This document shows positions 20,746 to 30,042 of a stretch of DNA of 64,000 nt, piece after piece; position 1 is the stretch's first letter, and every line of letters begins with the position of its first letter. A program made the translations under genes and the position numbers. The notes beneath the pieces were generated by a model. That model was not told the DNA's origin and made no database searches. It saw only the letters and a program-made list of their open reading frames with translations. Source of the stretch: Nautiliaceae bacterium (GTDB taxonomy: Bacteria; Campylobacterota; Campylobacteria; Campylobacterales; Nautiliaceae); NCBI GenBank assembly GCA_039831155.1, contig JBDONT010000011.1, forward strand, positions 1 to 64,000. Direction: 5' to 3'.

Positions 20746-21603
20746 ATGAAAAGGGTGTTAGTAGTAGGTTTTTTAGCCGTCTTTTTGTTTATTGGGTGTG
20801 AGTCTAAACCGGAAGAAGTGAAAATAACGGCAAATGAGTGGATAGGCTACGCACCTTTGTTTTACGCAAATGAAAAAGGGTGGCTAAAAGATGATAATAT
20901 ACGTTTAATAAGGACTGTTTCTTTAGGGGAGAGTGTAAGATTATACGAGAGTGGCTTTGTAAATTCGTTAGCAGCTACTCAGTATGAATATTCTAAATTA
21001 AAAAATTCGGTATATCCAGTACTTTTGCTGGATAGGTCTTATGGGGGGGATATGATTTTGTCTAATAAGTCTTTAAAAGAGATAAAACAGTCTAAAAACA
21101 TTTTGGTTTATTTGGAAATAGATTCGGTTAATTATCTTCTTTTAAAAACATTTGCCAGAAAATATAATATAAATTTTAAAAAATTTCGATTTGTAAATGA
21201 CGATCAGCAACAGATTACGAAAGAGAAATTCGATTTGAGAAAACCTATTTTGATAGTTACTTATTCTCCTTATGACGTTTGTTTTTATAAAAAGGGTTTT
21301 AAAGTGATATCATCTTCTAAAGATGACGGATTATTAATAATAGATGCACTTTTTGTAGCTAAGAATCTAAAAAAAAGCAGATTCGAGAGATTGAAATTTT
21401 ATATAGATAAAGCAGTGGAGATAGTTAAAAAAAATCCTAAAAAAGTTTATGAAACGGTAAGAAATTATTATCCTAATTATTCTTATGAAGATTTTTTGTT
21501 CGCTATAAAAAAAATAAAATGGGTAAATCATCCTTCTTCCCGTTTGCTTGATTTGTTAAAAAAAGATAATTTTCCCGTTCAAGGATTAATCGGTGAAAAT
21601 TAA
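20746..21603 (+). CDS. ABC-type (NitT/TauT/NMT1-like) substrate-binding lipoprotein
   Basis: Lipobox LFIGC; NEWIGYAPLFYA; DRSYGGD; VTYSPY. Confidence 0.8.
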   Translation: MKRVLVVGFLAVFLFIGCESKPEEVKITANEWIGYAPLFYANEKGWLKDDNIRLIRTVSLGESVRLYESGFVNSLAATQYEYSKLKNSVYPVLLLDRSYGGDMILSNKSLKEIKQSKNILVYLEIDSVNYLLLKTFARKYNINFKKFRFVNDDQQQITKEKFDLRKPILIVTYSPYDVCFYKKGFKVISSSKDDGLLIIDALFVAKNLKKSRFERLKFYIDKAVEIVKKNPKKVYETVRNYYPNYSYEDFLFAIKKIKWVNHPSSRLLDLLKKDNFPVQGLIGEN

Positions 21604-23593
21604 AAATTTCATTTTCGTGTTAAATTTAAGCGTAGTAATTTTGCTTAGTGTATTTTTATTCGTTCTTTATAAATATCAACAAAATAGAGCGGTTGAAATA
21701 TTAATAGACGATTTGAAAAAGGACCTTTTGGATAGTAAATACGTAGCGGTTAAATTTTTAAACGATACCGATAAAATTTATATGTTAAGACCTTATTTTG
21801 ATAGAGAAATAGCTAGAAATTCTTTGATAAGAGGATTTTTATTAAAAAGGGGAGAAGATAATCTGTTTATTTCGGGAGATGTGGATTTAAAATTACCTTT
21901 GCACTCTACTCTTATAAAAAGTTCTTTAAAAGACATTACTTTAAATGATTTATTGGAAAAACAAGCTTTTTATATTCCTATAAAATTTTATTCTTCTAAC
22001 GAACACAGGAAAGTTTCTTATAAACTTTACGTATTTTTAAACAAAGCCGAAATCATATCCGTTTTAAACGGTTTGAAAATAAAGTATTTTCTTATTTATT
22101 TCGTCGTTATAGTGATGATTTTTATTTTGATTAATTATTTAACCACTAAATATTTGGTAAGACCGTTAATGAAAATAAAGGAGATTATAAAAAGTAAGAA
22201 AACGAACGAAAAAGAAATTATTCCTATTTATGAATTGGAGGATATTAAAAATTCGGTTTTAAAAAGTTTTGAAAAATTTGATGAAATTATTAAGAGATTA
22301 CGTAAAGAGTCTTTAACGGATTCTTTGACCGGATTAGGTAATAAAAAAATGCTTCTTAAAAAAGTGAATAATTTAATAAGTAAGGAAGAAAGATTTTGTT
22401 TAGTTTTTATAGATTTGGATAATATTAAACAGATAAATGATTATTACGGGCATACTATAGGAGATGAGTTTATAAAAAAAATTGCGGATAAATTAAGAAA
22501 ATGTTTAAAAGAGGGTGAATTTTTAAGTAGAATAGGGGGAGATGAATTTATATTGATTCTTAAAAATTGCCAAAACAGAAGAAGTTTGGAAGTTAGATTG
22601 TATAAATTGCTTGAGCTTTTGGAAGAAAAAATAATAATCGGAAATCACGAAATCATTGCTTTAGCTAATATAGGAGTTGCAGTTTATCCCGAACATGGTA
22701 ATTCTTTCGAAGAACTTTTAAAAAATTCCGATATGGCTATGTATCAAGCTAAACATTTAGGAAAAAATAAATTTGTAATTTTTAATAATTTCGTGAAAGA
22801 TAAAGTAAGTAAAGAATTACGATTGATAAGTAAGTTGAAAAAAGCTTTTGAAAATGAAGAGTTTGTTTTATATTATCAACCTAAAATTGATAAAAAAGGT
22901 AAAATTTTCGGAGCCGAGGTTTTAATAAGGTGGATTGATGAAGATAAAATAATTTATCCTAAAACTTTTATTTCTCTTATAGAACAAACCGGTTTAATTT
23001 GTGAAATGGGAAATTGGGTTGCGAAAGAAGTGATAAAAAATATTAGAGAATGGGAAAAAGATGATTTACTTAAACATCTTTCTTTGTTTTTTAACGTATC
23101 GTTTGTGCAAATGAGATATGAAAATTTTTTATTCGATATTCAAAAATTATTATCTTTTTTTAAAACGGATACTTCTAAAATAGGAATTGAAGTGAGTGAA
23201 AACGTATTTTTGGAGAATAAATATCGGGCTTTGTATTTATTGGGTCGATTAAAAAGAATGGGATTTAATATAAGTTTGGACGATTTCGGGAAAGGAGAAG
23301 CTTCTTTGTCTTTATTGAAAGATTTAGAAGTAGATTTTTTAAAGATAGATAACTCTTTTATAAATACTATAAACAATAAAAAAAATTATTTGTATGTTAA
23401 ATCTTTGATTGGAGTCGGTAAGAATTTTAATATTAAAATTTTAGCGGAAGGAGTGGAAACGGAAGAACAGTTCGAAACGTTAAAAAGAATGGGAATTGAT
23501 TATTATCAAGGATATTATATTGCGAAACCTATGGAAAAAAAAGAATTTATTGATTTCGTAAGATTAAATAAGCTAAGATTAAAAGAAGTTTAA
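21593..23593 (+). CDS. Membrane-bound diguanylate cyclase/phosphodiesterase (2 TM, periplasmic loop, GGDEF+EAL)
   Basis: DSLTGLGN, SRIGGDEF, YQPK..EVL, DDFG, KID, AEGVE, QGY. Confidence 0.93.
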   Translation: MKIKNFIFVLNLSVVILLSVFLFVLYKYQQNRAVEILIDDLKKDLLDSKYVAVKFLNDTDKIYMLRPYFDREIARNSLIRGFLLKRGEDNLFISGDVDLKLPLHSTLIKSSLKDITLNDLLEKQAFYIPIKFYSSNEHRKVSYKLYVFLNKAEIISVLNGLKIKYFLIYFVVIVMIFILINYLTTKYLVRPLMKIKEIIKSKKTNEKEIIPIYELEDIKNSVLKSFEKFDEIIKRLRKESLTDSLTGLGNKKMLLKKVNNLISKEERFCLVFIDLDNIKQINDYYGHTIGDEFIKKIADKLRKCLKEGEFLSRIGGDEFILILKNCQNRRSLEVRLYKLLELLEEKIIIGNHEIIALANIGVAVYPEHGNSFEELLKNSDMAMYQAKHLGKNKFVIFNNFVKDKVSKELRLISKLKKAFENEEFVLYYQPKIDKKGKIFGAEVLIRWIDEDKIIYPKTFISLIEQTGLICEMGNWVAKEVIKNIREWEKDDLLKHLSLFFNVSFVQMRYENFLFDIQKLLSFFKTDTSKIGIEVSENVFLENKYRALYLLGRLKRMGFNISLDDFGKGEASLSLLKDLEVDFLKIDNSFINTINNKKNYLYVKSLIGVGKNFNIKILAEGVETEEQFETLKRMGIDYYQGYYIAKPMEKKEFIDFVRLNKLRLKEV

Positions 23594-23596
23594 ATG

Positions 23597-23605
23597 TGAT
23601 ATAAT
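23597..23605 (+). promoter_or_regulatory. Extended -10 promoter
   Basis: TGATATAAT upstream of the AAGGAG RBS of the modA-like gene. Confidence 0.6.
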
Positions 23606-23635
23606 TTGAAATATTAACCTATCAAAGGAGTACGG

Positions 23636-24361
23636 ATGAAAAAGTTTTTGTTATTGATTGTAGGTGTTTTTTTGAGTGCTAAGACGTTATGGCTTTATTG
23701 TGGAGTTACGATGAAACAGCCTATGTTGGAGATAGCACATAAATTTGAAGAGTTGCATCCGGGAGTGAAAGTCAGACATTTGTTCGGTTCGTCGGGAGTT
23801 TTATATAAAAAAATTTTAACTTTGAGAAAAGCCGATTTATATTTACCGGGAAGTGATAAATTTATTAAAAAAAATCCTTCTCTTTTTATAAAAGGTGCGG
23901 AGTTGGGATATAATCAACTTGCTATTTTCGTACCTAAAGGTAATCCTAAAAATGTTCAAACTTTGTCCGATTTTGCTAAACCTTCTATAAATACCGGTTT
24001 GGGAAGTGAACACAGTTCGGTTGGAAAAGCCTCTAAATCGGCTTTGGTGAAGTACGGAGGTAAAGTTTTTTATCAAAAGATAAGAAATAAATCGGAAATT
24101 TTTTCAGCTTCAGCTGATATGTATGACGCTTTAGTTCATAATGAAATCGATGCCGGACTTAACTGGAAAGCCACTTATTATTGGGGTGAGAACTCTAAAA
24201 AAGTTGACTTTATAGAAATTCCTACTCTATATGCACCTAAGAAAAAACTTATTTTGGCTATTACGAAATATTCAAAAGATAAAAACTTAGCACAACAGTT
24301 TTTGGATTTCGCATCTTCAAAAGAGGGGCTTGCCATTATGAAAAAGTGGGGATTTAGATAA
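23636..24361 (+). CDS. Molybdate/tungstate-type periplasmic binding protein (ModA-like)
   Basis: Signal peptide; FGSSGVLY, ADLYLPG, VPKGNPKNV, AQQFLDF..KWGF. Confidence 0.8.
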   Translation: MKKFLLLIVGVFLSAKTLWLYCGVTMKQPMLEIAHKFEELHPGVKVRHLFGSSGVLYKKILTLRKADLYLPGSDKFIKKNPSLFIKGAELGYNQLAIFVPKGNPKNVQTLSDFAKPSINTGLGSEHSSVGKASKSALVKYGGKVFYQKIRNKSEIFSASADMYDALVHNEIDAGLNWKATYYWGENSKKVDFIEIPTLYAPKKKLILAITKYSKDKNLAQQFLDFASSKEGLAIMKKWGFR

Positions 24362-25079
24362 TCCCCCTTAAATATAGACTTGTTATACCGAAATATTCGT
24401 GAATAGCTTTATATGAGTGGTATAAATTTCCCATTTGAGGAAATATGCTCCAGATTGAATATGTAGGATTGTAAAAAAATCCCACCGGTTTTGGAATTAC
24501 TTCGAAATTAAAATGCTTAAATAGCATTAAACTTCTTTTCATATGATAAGCACTCGTTACTAAGTATATTTTTTTAGGAAGATGTAGTTTTTTAAAAAGT
24601 TTTGCACTAAATTTTGCATTTTGATATGTGTTTAGGGAGTCTATTTCTAAAAAAGTTTTTATTTTACATCCACAGGTTGAAGTTATGTAGTTAATATCTT
24701 TTTTTGCGTTTAGGGCCTCTTTTATTTTTAATCCTCCACCGGTAAATATAAGTGGTAAATTTTCTTTTTTTGCTATTAAAATGCCGTAAACTTCTCTTTT
24801 AAAGGCATCCGGGTATGATTTTAGAGGGTCTATGGGGTTTGTACCACCACCAAGCACTACTACCGCTTTAGGAGAGGTGTTGTCTTTTTTGAAGTTGTGT
24901 TCTAGAGGATAGAGTAAAAGATTCGCTATAAATTTAGTAGAGAGTGCCCACAGTAATACTCCGGCTGAAAAAAAGATAAATTTTGCCTTTTTTGCAAAAA
25001 ATCCGGCTAAAAAAAGTATAATTATAAAAATTCCAGGTGGCAAGAATAAAAACGTAAAGAGTTTTGATATAACATACAT
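24354..25079 (-). CDS. YdcF/ElyC (DUF218) family protein
   Basis: VVVLGGG, FTGG, SLNTYQNA, LVTSAYHMKRS, AIHEYFG. Confidence 0.9.
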   Translation of the reverse strand: MYVISKLFTFLFLPPGIFIIILFLAGFFAKKAKFIFFSAGVLLWALSTKFIANLLLYPLEHNFKKDNTSPKAVVVLGGGTNPIDPLKSYPDAFKREVYGILIAKKENLPLIFTGGGLKIKEALNAKKDINYITSTCGCKIKTFLEIDSLNTYQNAKFSAKLFKKLHLPKKIYLVTSAYHMKRSLMLFKHFNFEVIPKPVGFFYNPTYSIWSIFPQMGNLYHSYKAIHEYFGITSLYLRGII

Positions 25080-25120
25080 AGTTGACCTTTTTTTGAAATT
25101 ATAATATAAAAGGAGAGTGA

Positions 25121-25819
25121 GTGAATGTTTTAATCACGGGAGCCAGCAGAGGTATAGGAAGGGAGCTGCTTAAGAGATATTCAAAAGAACATACGGTCTA
25201 TACAGTGGCAAGAAACGTAAATGAACTTAAAAATTTAAAAAACGTCGTACCTATTGAGATGGATTTAGCTGATGTTAAAAGAGTTAATGAGTATTTTAAA
25301 AAGTTGGATGTAAGTTTTGATTTGGTTATTGCAAATGCCGCTATTTCTCTTCCTCACTCTCCCAATTTTACTCCTTTTTGTGATTTTAAAAAAACGATTG
25401 ATATAAATTTTTTGAGTGTTCACGCAATGCTTGAGGGAGTTGTGCCCAGGATGAGAGGAGGTAAAATTGTTTTTATATCTTCTTTAGCATCTTTGGTGGG
25501 GGCACCTGGTTCTATGCCTTATAGTGCGAGTAAAAGGGCTTTAAATTCTTATGCACAGTCGTTAAGAAACTTGCTTGCACCTAAAATTAAGGTTATAAAC
25601 ATTATGCCCGGGTTTATAAAAACCGATATGACAAGTAAAAATAATTTTTATATGCCGTTTTTAATGGAGTTGGAAGAGGGGGTGGATGAGATTGTTTATG
25701 CGATTGAAAAGGGAAAAAAAGAGTATGCCTTTCCAAAACGCTTTTATTATTTGATAAAATTGTTTAATATATTGCCGGTTTTTATTCAGGATGCTATTTT
25801 GCAAAGGGTTGGAAAATGA
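25121..25819 (+). CDS. Short-chain dehydrogenase/reductase
   Basis: ITGASRGIG, ANAA, YSASK, PGFIKT. Confidence 0.92.
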   Translation: MNVLITGASRGIGRELLKRYSKEHTVYTVARNVNELKNLKNVVPIEMDLADVKRVNEYFKKLDVSFDLVIANAAISLPHSPNFTPFCDFKKTIDINFLSVHAMLEGVVPRMRGGKIVFISSLASLVGAPGSMPYSASKRALNSYAQSLRNLLAPKIKVINIMPGFIKTDMTSKNNFYMPFLMELEEGVDEIVYAIEKGKKEYAFPKRFYYLIKLFNILPVFIQDAILQRVGK

Positions 25820-25840
25820 GAAAACTATATAAGGTAAATA

Positions 25841-27877
25841 ATGATTAGCGTATGTACTTATTGTGGGGTAGGGTGTGAGATAGACGTTGAAGTTAAAGAT
25901 GGTAAGATTTTTAAAATTCACCCTTTAAAAAACGGAAAGTCAAGTGGTGGGGAGCTTTGTATAAAAGGTAGATACGGATATGAGTTTTTGGATAAAAGAA
26001 TAGATAAACATTTGGTAAGTTTTAAATTTATCGAAAAAAACAAAGAAAAGTTTCCATTTGAGATTTTAGTTAGACTTGCCAATTTATACGAGTATGATGA
26101 GAAGTTTTATGAGGCACCTTACTCTTTGGCAGTAGATTTGGCAGTTTGGAAAATAAAGGATATTTTAAATACTTACACTTCAAATTATATAGCCTGTATA
26201 GGAGGGGCTAGGACTTCTATAGAGAGTGCCTGGTTTTTTCAGCGTTTTGCAAGAGAAGTGTTAAAAACTCCTAATGTGGATAATTGTGCCAGAATTTGTC
26301 ACTCTCCTAGCCTTTCCGGGCTTAAAATGAGTATAGGGGAGGGGGCTAGCAGTGTAGAGTTTGACGAGCTTTTTAATACGGACGTTATTTTTGTGATAGG
26401 TTCTAATACCACTCAAGCCCATCCGATGGTTGCAAGCAGAATCATTAAAGCCAAAAGAAGAGGTGCTAAGGTTATCGTGGTTGACGTAAGAGAAATACCT
26501 TTAATGAAGTTTGCGGATATTAGCGTAATTTTACCTTTTGAATCCAACCTTTTGTTTTTGAATGCCATAGCAAGGGAGATGATAGAGAAGGATTTGGTAA
26601 ATAAAGAATTTATCAATCTTAGATGTGTAAAATACGAAGATTATAAAGAAAATATTTTAAAACACGAAGATTCTAAAGATTATTTTAAAAAGTTAAAAGG
26701 TTTTGAGCATATAGCCAATCAAATAGAAAAGATAGCAAGGCTTATTTCTGAAAATAAAACCATTTTTGCGTGGGGGCTTGGGGTAACGGAGCATATAGAC
26801 GGTACGGAAGCTGTGAATGCTATAAGTAATTTGGCTATGCTTAGTGGGAATTTCGGAAAAGGAAGAGGGGTTTTACCTCTTAGGGGGCAAAATAACGTCC
26901 AGGGGGCTTGTGATGTGGGGTGTTTGCCTTATTATGGTCCGGATTATACCATTCCTAACGAAATAGGGCTTATGACCCCGGATGTGATAGAACATATGCT
27001 TGAAGGTAGAATAAAAGCTGTTATTAATATGGGAGAAGATATTTTACACGTTCATCCTAATTTAAATAAAGTAAAAAAAGCTTTTGAGAATTTGGAATTT
27101 TTAATGGTTATGGAAGTTATGAGAAACGAGATTACCGAATATGCAGATATTGTATTTGGTGTAAAAAGTGCTTATGAAAAAGAGGGGGTTTATGTAAATG
27201 CCGAAAGAAGACTTCATTTATCAACACCTTTAGTTAAAAGCGATATGCCGGATGACTGGGAGATTTTAAGGGATATTTCAAATAAACTGGGAGAGAACTT
27301 TTCTTATGTAAACAGTGAAGAAGTGTTTGAAGATGTAAAAAAAGAGGTAAAAAGATTTGAGGGGGCCAGTTATGAGAGATTAAGAGAAAAGCCTCTTTGC
27401 TGGCCTGTAAAACAAGACGGAAGCGATTCTCCCGTACTTCATATCGATAAATTTAGCACGTCTGATGGAAAAGGGCATTTTCACTATCATCCTTACCGTT
27501 TAAGAGGGGAAGTTAAGGATTTGATAGAAGGAAAAAGAAGATGGTATCTAAATACCGGAAGAGAACTTCCTCAATACAATAACGCAGCTCAAACAAAGCC
27601 TAGTGAAAAGCTGACAAAAAGATATTCGGAAGATATTTTACTTGTAAACGAAATACATAAAAACGAAATAAGCGAGTATGTAAAACTGAAATCAAAATAC
27701 GGTGAGAGTGGAGAATTGAAAGTTAAGTTTACTAAAAGCGTAAGACCTTATACCCTTTATACCACTTTTCATTTTGCTAAAAGCAATATAAACGCCCTTT
27801 TTGGAGACGCTCACGACCATAAAGTAAAAACGGCAAGATTTAAGAGTGTGGAGGTTGAGATAATTAAGTGTAAATAA
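25841..27877 (+). CDS. fdhF: Cytoplasmic molybdopterin oxidoreductase, formate dehydrogenase H alpha-like (Cys form)
   Basis: CTYCGVGC...LCIKG Fe-S motif, DNCARICHSPS active site, RGQNNVQGACD; no Tat signal. Confidence 0.8.
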   Translation: MISVCTYCGVGCEIDVEVKDGKIFKIHPLKNGKSSGGELCIKGRYGYEFLDKRIDKHLVSFKFIEKNKEKFPFEILVRLANLYEYDEKFYEAPYSLAVDLAVWKIKDILNTYTSNYIACIGGARTSIESAWFFQRFAREVLKTPNVDNCARICHSPSLSGLKMSIGEGASSVEFDELFNTDVIFVIGSNTTQAHPMVASRIIKAKRRGAKVIVVDVREIPLMKFADISVILPFESNLLFLNAIAREMIEKDLVNKEFINLRCVKYEDYKENILKHEDSKDYFKKLKGFEHIANQIEKIARLISENKTIFAWGLGVTEHIDGTEAVNAISNLAMLSGNFGKGRGVLPLRGQNNVQGACDVGCLPYYGPDYTIPNEIGLMTPDVIEHMLEGRIKAVINMGEDILHVHPNLNKVKKAFENLEFLMVMEVMRNEITEYADIVFGVKSAYEKEGVYVNAERRLHLSTPLVKSDMPDDWEILRDISNKLGENFSYVNSEEVFEDVKKEVKRFEGASYERLREKPLCWPVKQDGSDSPVLHIDKFSTSDGKGHFHYHPYRLRGEVKDLIEGKRRWYLNTGRELPQYNNAAQTKPSEKLTKRYSEDILLVNEIHKNEISEYVKLKSKYGESGELKVKFTKSVRPYTLYTTFHFAKSNINALFGDAHDHKVKTARFKSVEVEIIKCK

Positions 27878-29195
27878 TTCTATTTCTACCCTCCTTTTTA
27901 GCTTGATACATAAATTCATCGGCTCTTTTTATTAAGGTATCGATATTATCGTTTTTTCTAAGGATAGTTACACCGAAACTGCAAGTGACTTGAGTGTCTA
28001 AAAAATGGTAATTTTCTATTAATGTTTTTAATTTTGAAGCTACTTCTCTAGCTTCTTCTAAAGTTGTATTGGGTAGAATTATAATAAACTCCTCTCCTCC
28101 CCATCTGCCGAAAATGTCATATTCTCTGATATTGTTTTTCATTAAATCGGAGATTCCTTTTAATACCTTATCTCCTACCATATGCCCGTAGGTGTCGTTT
28201 ATTTTTTTAAAATGGTCTATGTCAAAAAATATTATACTAAGAGGTATTTGATGCCTTTTTGCAAAGGCTATTTGCTGTTTTAAACTTACTTCCGTTTTGT
28301 AACGATTAAAAGTACCGGTTAAAGAGTCTATGAGCGATAATTTTTTAAGTATTTTTTCTTGTTGTGTTTTTCTTTTCAGCTCTTTTTTTAATTTTGATAT
28401 CCAAATTAATAAAATAATTGTAAAAACCGTAAAGGTGCTAAAAAAAATTAAAACTTCTTTTAATGAAAAACCTTTTTGATAGGTAACGTGAATCCATTTT
28501 TCATAAATTCGGTTTTTCTCCTCTTCGGTTATTTTGTCTATAGATTGATTTAAAATATTTTTTAATTTTATATTGTTTTTAGAGAGAATAAATCTCATTT
28601 TAAATTCCCACGGTGTTTTACCGGCTATTTTTAGGTTTGCGAATTGATATTTGTTGATGTTGTATACAAGTACCGGCATTATGTCAATTGCTGCGAATGC
28701 TTTTCCTTCGCTTACTAGTTTTAGGGCTGTTTTTGTGTCTTTTACGCTGATAATTTTATAAGAGGGATAATATTTTTTTAAGAGATGTTCTACTGTGTAG
28801 TTTTTTCCGACTGCTATTGTTTTGTTTTTTAGAAAAATTATTGAAGCTATATAACCTACGTTGTTTTTGGTGGCTATTGTAATTGGGAAAGTGGCGTAAG
28901 GCTTGGTAAAAATTGCAAACTTTTCTTTTTGCGGAGTTTTATCAGTCCCAAGAGATAAGTCCGCTTTTTTAGTTTTAATGGCGTTTAAAACATCGTTCCA
29001 AGAATTGTAAATTTTGCATTTGGATTTGATATGTGCTTTTTTTTCGATTAATTTTAAAAAATCTACCGAAATTCCGACTAATTTGTGATTTTGTAAAGTA
29101 TTAAAAGGTGCCCATGAGGTTGTTGTCGCACAAATAAAAATTTCGGATTTTTTTGCATATAAAAATATAGCGAAAAGAATAATTAAATATTTCAC
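27864..29195 (-). CDS. Diguanylate cyclase with periplasmic solute-binding (family 3) sensor domain
   Basis: WAPFN..GISVD PBP domain, one TM, DIDHFKKINDTYGH, REYD I-site, RWGGEEF. Confidence 0.92.
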   Translation of the reverse strand: MKYLIILFAIFLYAKKSEIFICATTTSWAPFNTLQNHKLVGISVDFLKLIEKKAHIKSKCKIYNSWNDVLNAIKTKKADLSLGTDKTPQKEKFAIFTKPYATFPITIATKNNVGYIASIIFLKNKTIAVGKNYTVEHLLKKYYPSYKIISVKDTKTALKLVSEGKAFAAIDIMPVLVYNINKYQFANLKIAGKTPWEFKMRFILSKNNIKLKNILNQSIDKITEEEKNRIYEKWIHVTYQKGFSLKEVLIFFSTFTVFTIILLIWISKLKKELKRKTQQEKILKKLSLIDSLTGTFNRYKTEVSLKQQIAFAKRHQIPLSIIFFDIDHFKKINDTYGHMVGDKVLKGISDLMKNNIREYDIFGRWGGEEFIIILPNTTLEEAREVASKLKTLIENYHFLDTQVTCSFGVTILRKNDNIDTLIKRADEFMYQAKKEGRNRIIYT

Positions 29196-29310
29196 TATTT
29201 ACCTTTTTTGTATAATTATATCTTATGAAAAAAAGAAAATAAAGTGTCCGATTTAAGCTTTATTTTTTATATAAAAATTTTTTTTAAGACGATTTTAAGT
29301 GAATTTGAGT

Positions 29311-29429
29311 TATAATACTTTTAACGCTTAAGGTTCGAGGTTCGAACGTACATGAAGCATTTTCTTCCGTCGGCTTCATGAAAATTCGGTGTTATCATAA
29401 TGAATGTGTTGTTTTTATAAGGAGAAGAT
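29311..29429 (+). promoter_or_regulatory. Promoter and structured 5' leader of yedF-selD containing a uORF
   Basis: TATAAT at 29311; hairpins GTTCGA/TCGAAC and CATGAAGC/GCTTCATG; uORF ATG 29352, TGA 29379, TAA 29418. Confidence 0.55.
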
Positions 29430-30014
29430 ATGAATAAAAAACTAGACTGCCGTAATATGGCATGTCCTCAACCGGTACTTGAAACTAAAAAAGCTCTTGA
29501 GGAGATGAAAGAAGGTGTTTTAGAAGTGATTGTAAATTCTATCGCTTCAATTCAAAACGTAAAAAGATATGCGATTAATAACGGATTCGAACCTAAAGTC
29601 GAAGAGCTTGAAAACGGAGACACTTTAATAACTATTGTAAAAGGTTATGAGTGTAGTATTGTAGTCGATGATAGTGAGGAGTTTTTAAAGAAAACTATTT
29701 TTATTAAACACGATAGAGTCGGAGAAGGTGAACTTGGAGATATTTTAATGAAAGGCTTTTTGAAAACCACTCTTGAGTTTAAAAAACTTCCTAAAAATAT
29801 TGTTTTTGTAAATAGAGGTGTTTTTTTAACAACAAAAAATTCGGAAATTATAGAAATTCTAGAAGAGTTTGAAAAAAGAGGAGTTAAGATATACTCTTGC
29901 GGACTTTGTATGAATCATTATAATATTCCTTCAAAGGAGTTGAAGGTTGGAGAAATAGGGAATACATATGATACGATGGATATGCTTTTAAATACGGATG
30001 TTATTAGTTTATAA
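29430..30014 (+). CDS. yedF: Sulfurtransferase-like selenium metabolism protein (TusA/SirA + DsrE domains)
   Basis: LDCRNMACPQPV (CPxP), GEGELG.ILMKGF, NRGVFLT, CGLC; upstream of selD. Confidence 0.85.
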   Translation: MNKKLDCRNMACPQPVLETKKALEEMKEGVLEVIVNSIASIQNVKRYAINNGFEPKVEELENGDTLITIVKGYECSIVVDDSEEFLKKTIFIKHDRVGEGELGDILMKGFLKTTLEFKKLPKNIVFVNRGVFLTTKNSEIIEILEEFEKRGVKIYSCGLCMNHYNIPSKELKVGEIGNTYDTMDMLLNTDVISL

Positions 30015-30042
30015 TCTTAAAGTAATCGAAAAAGGTTAACAT

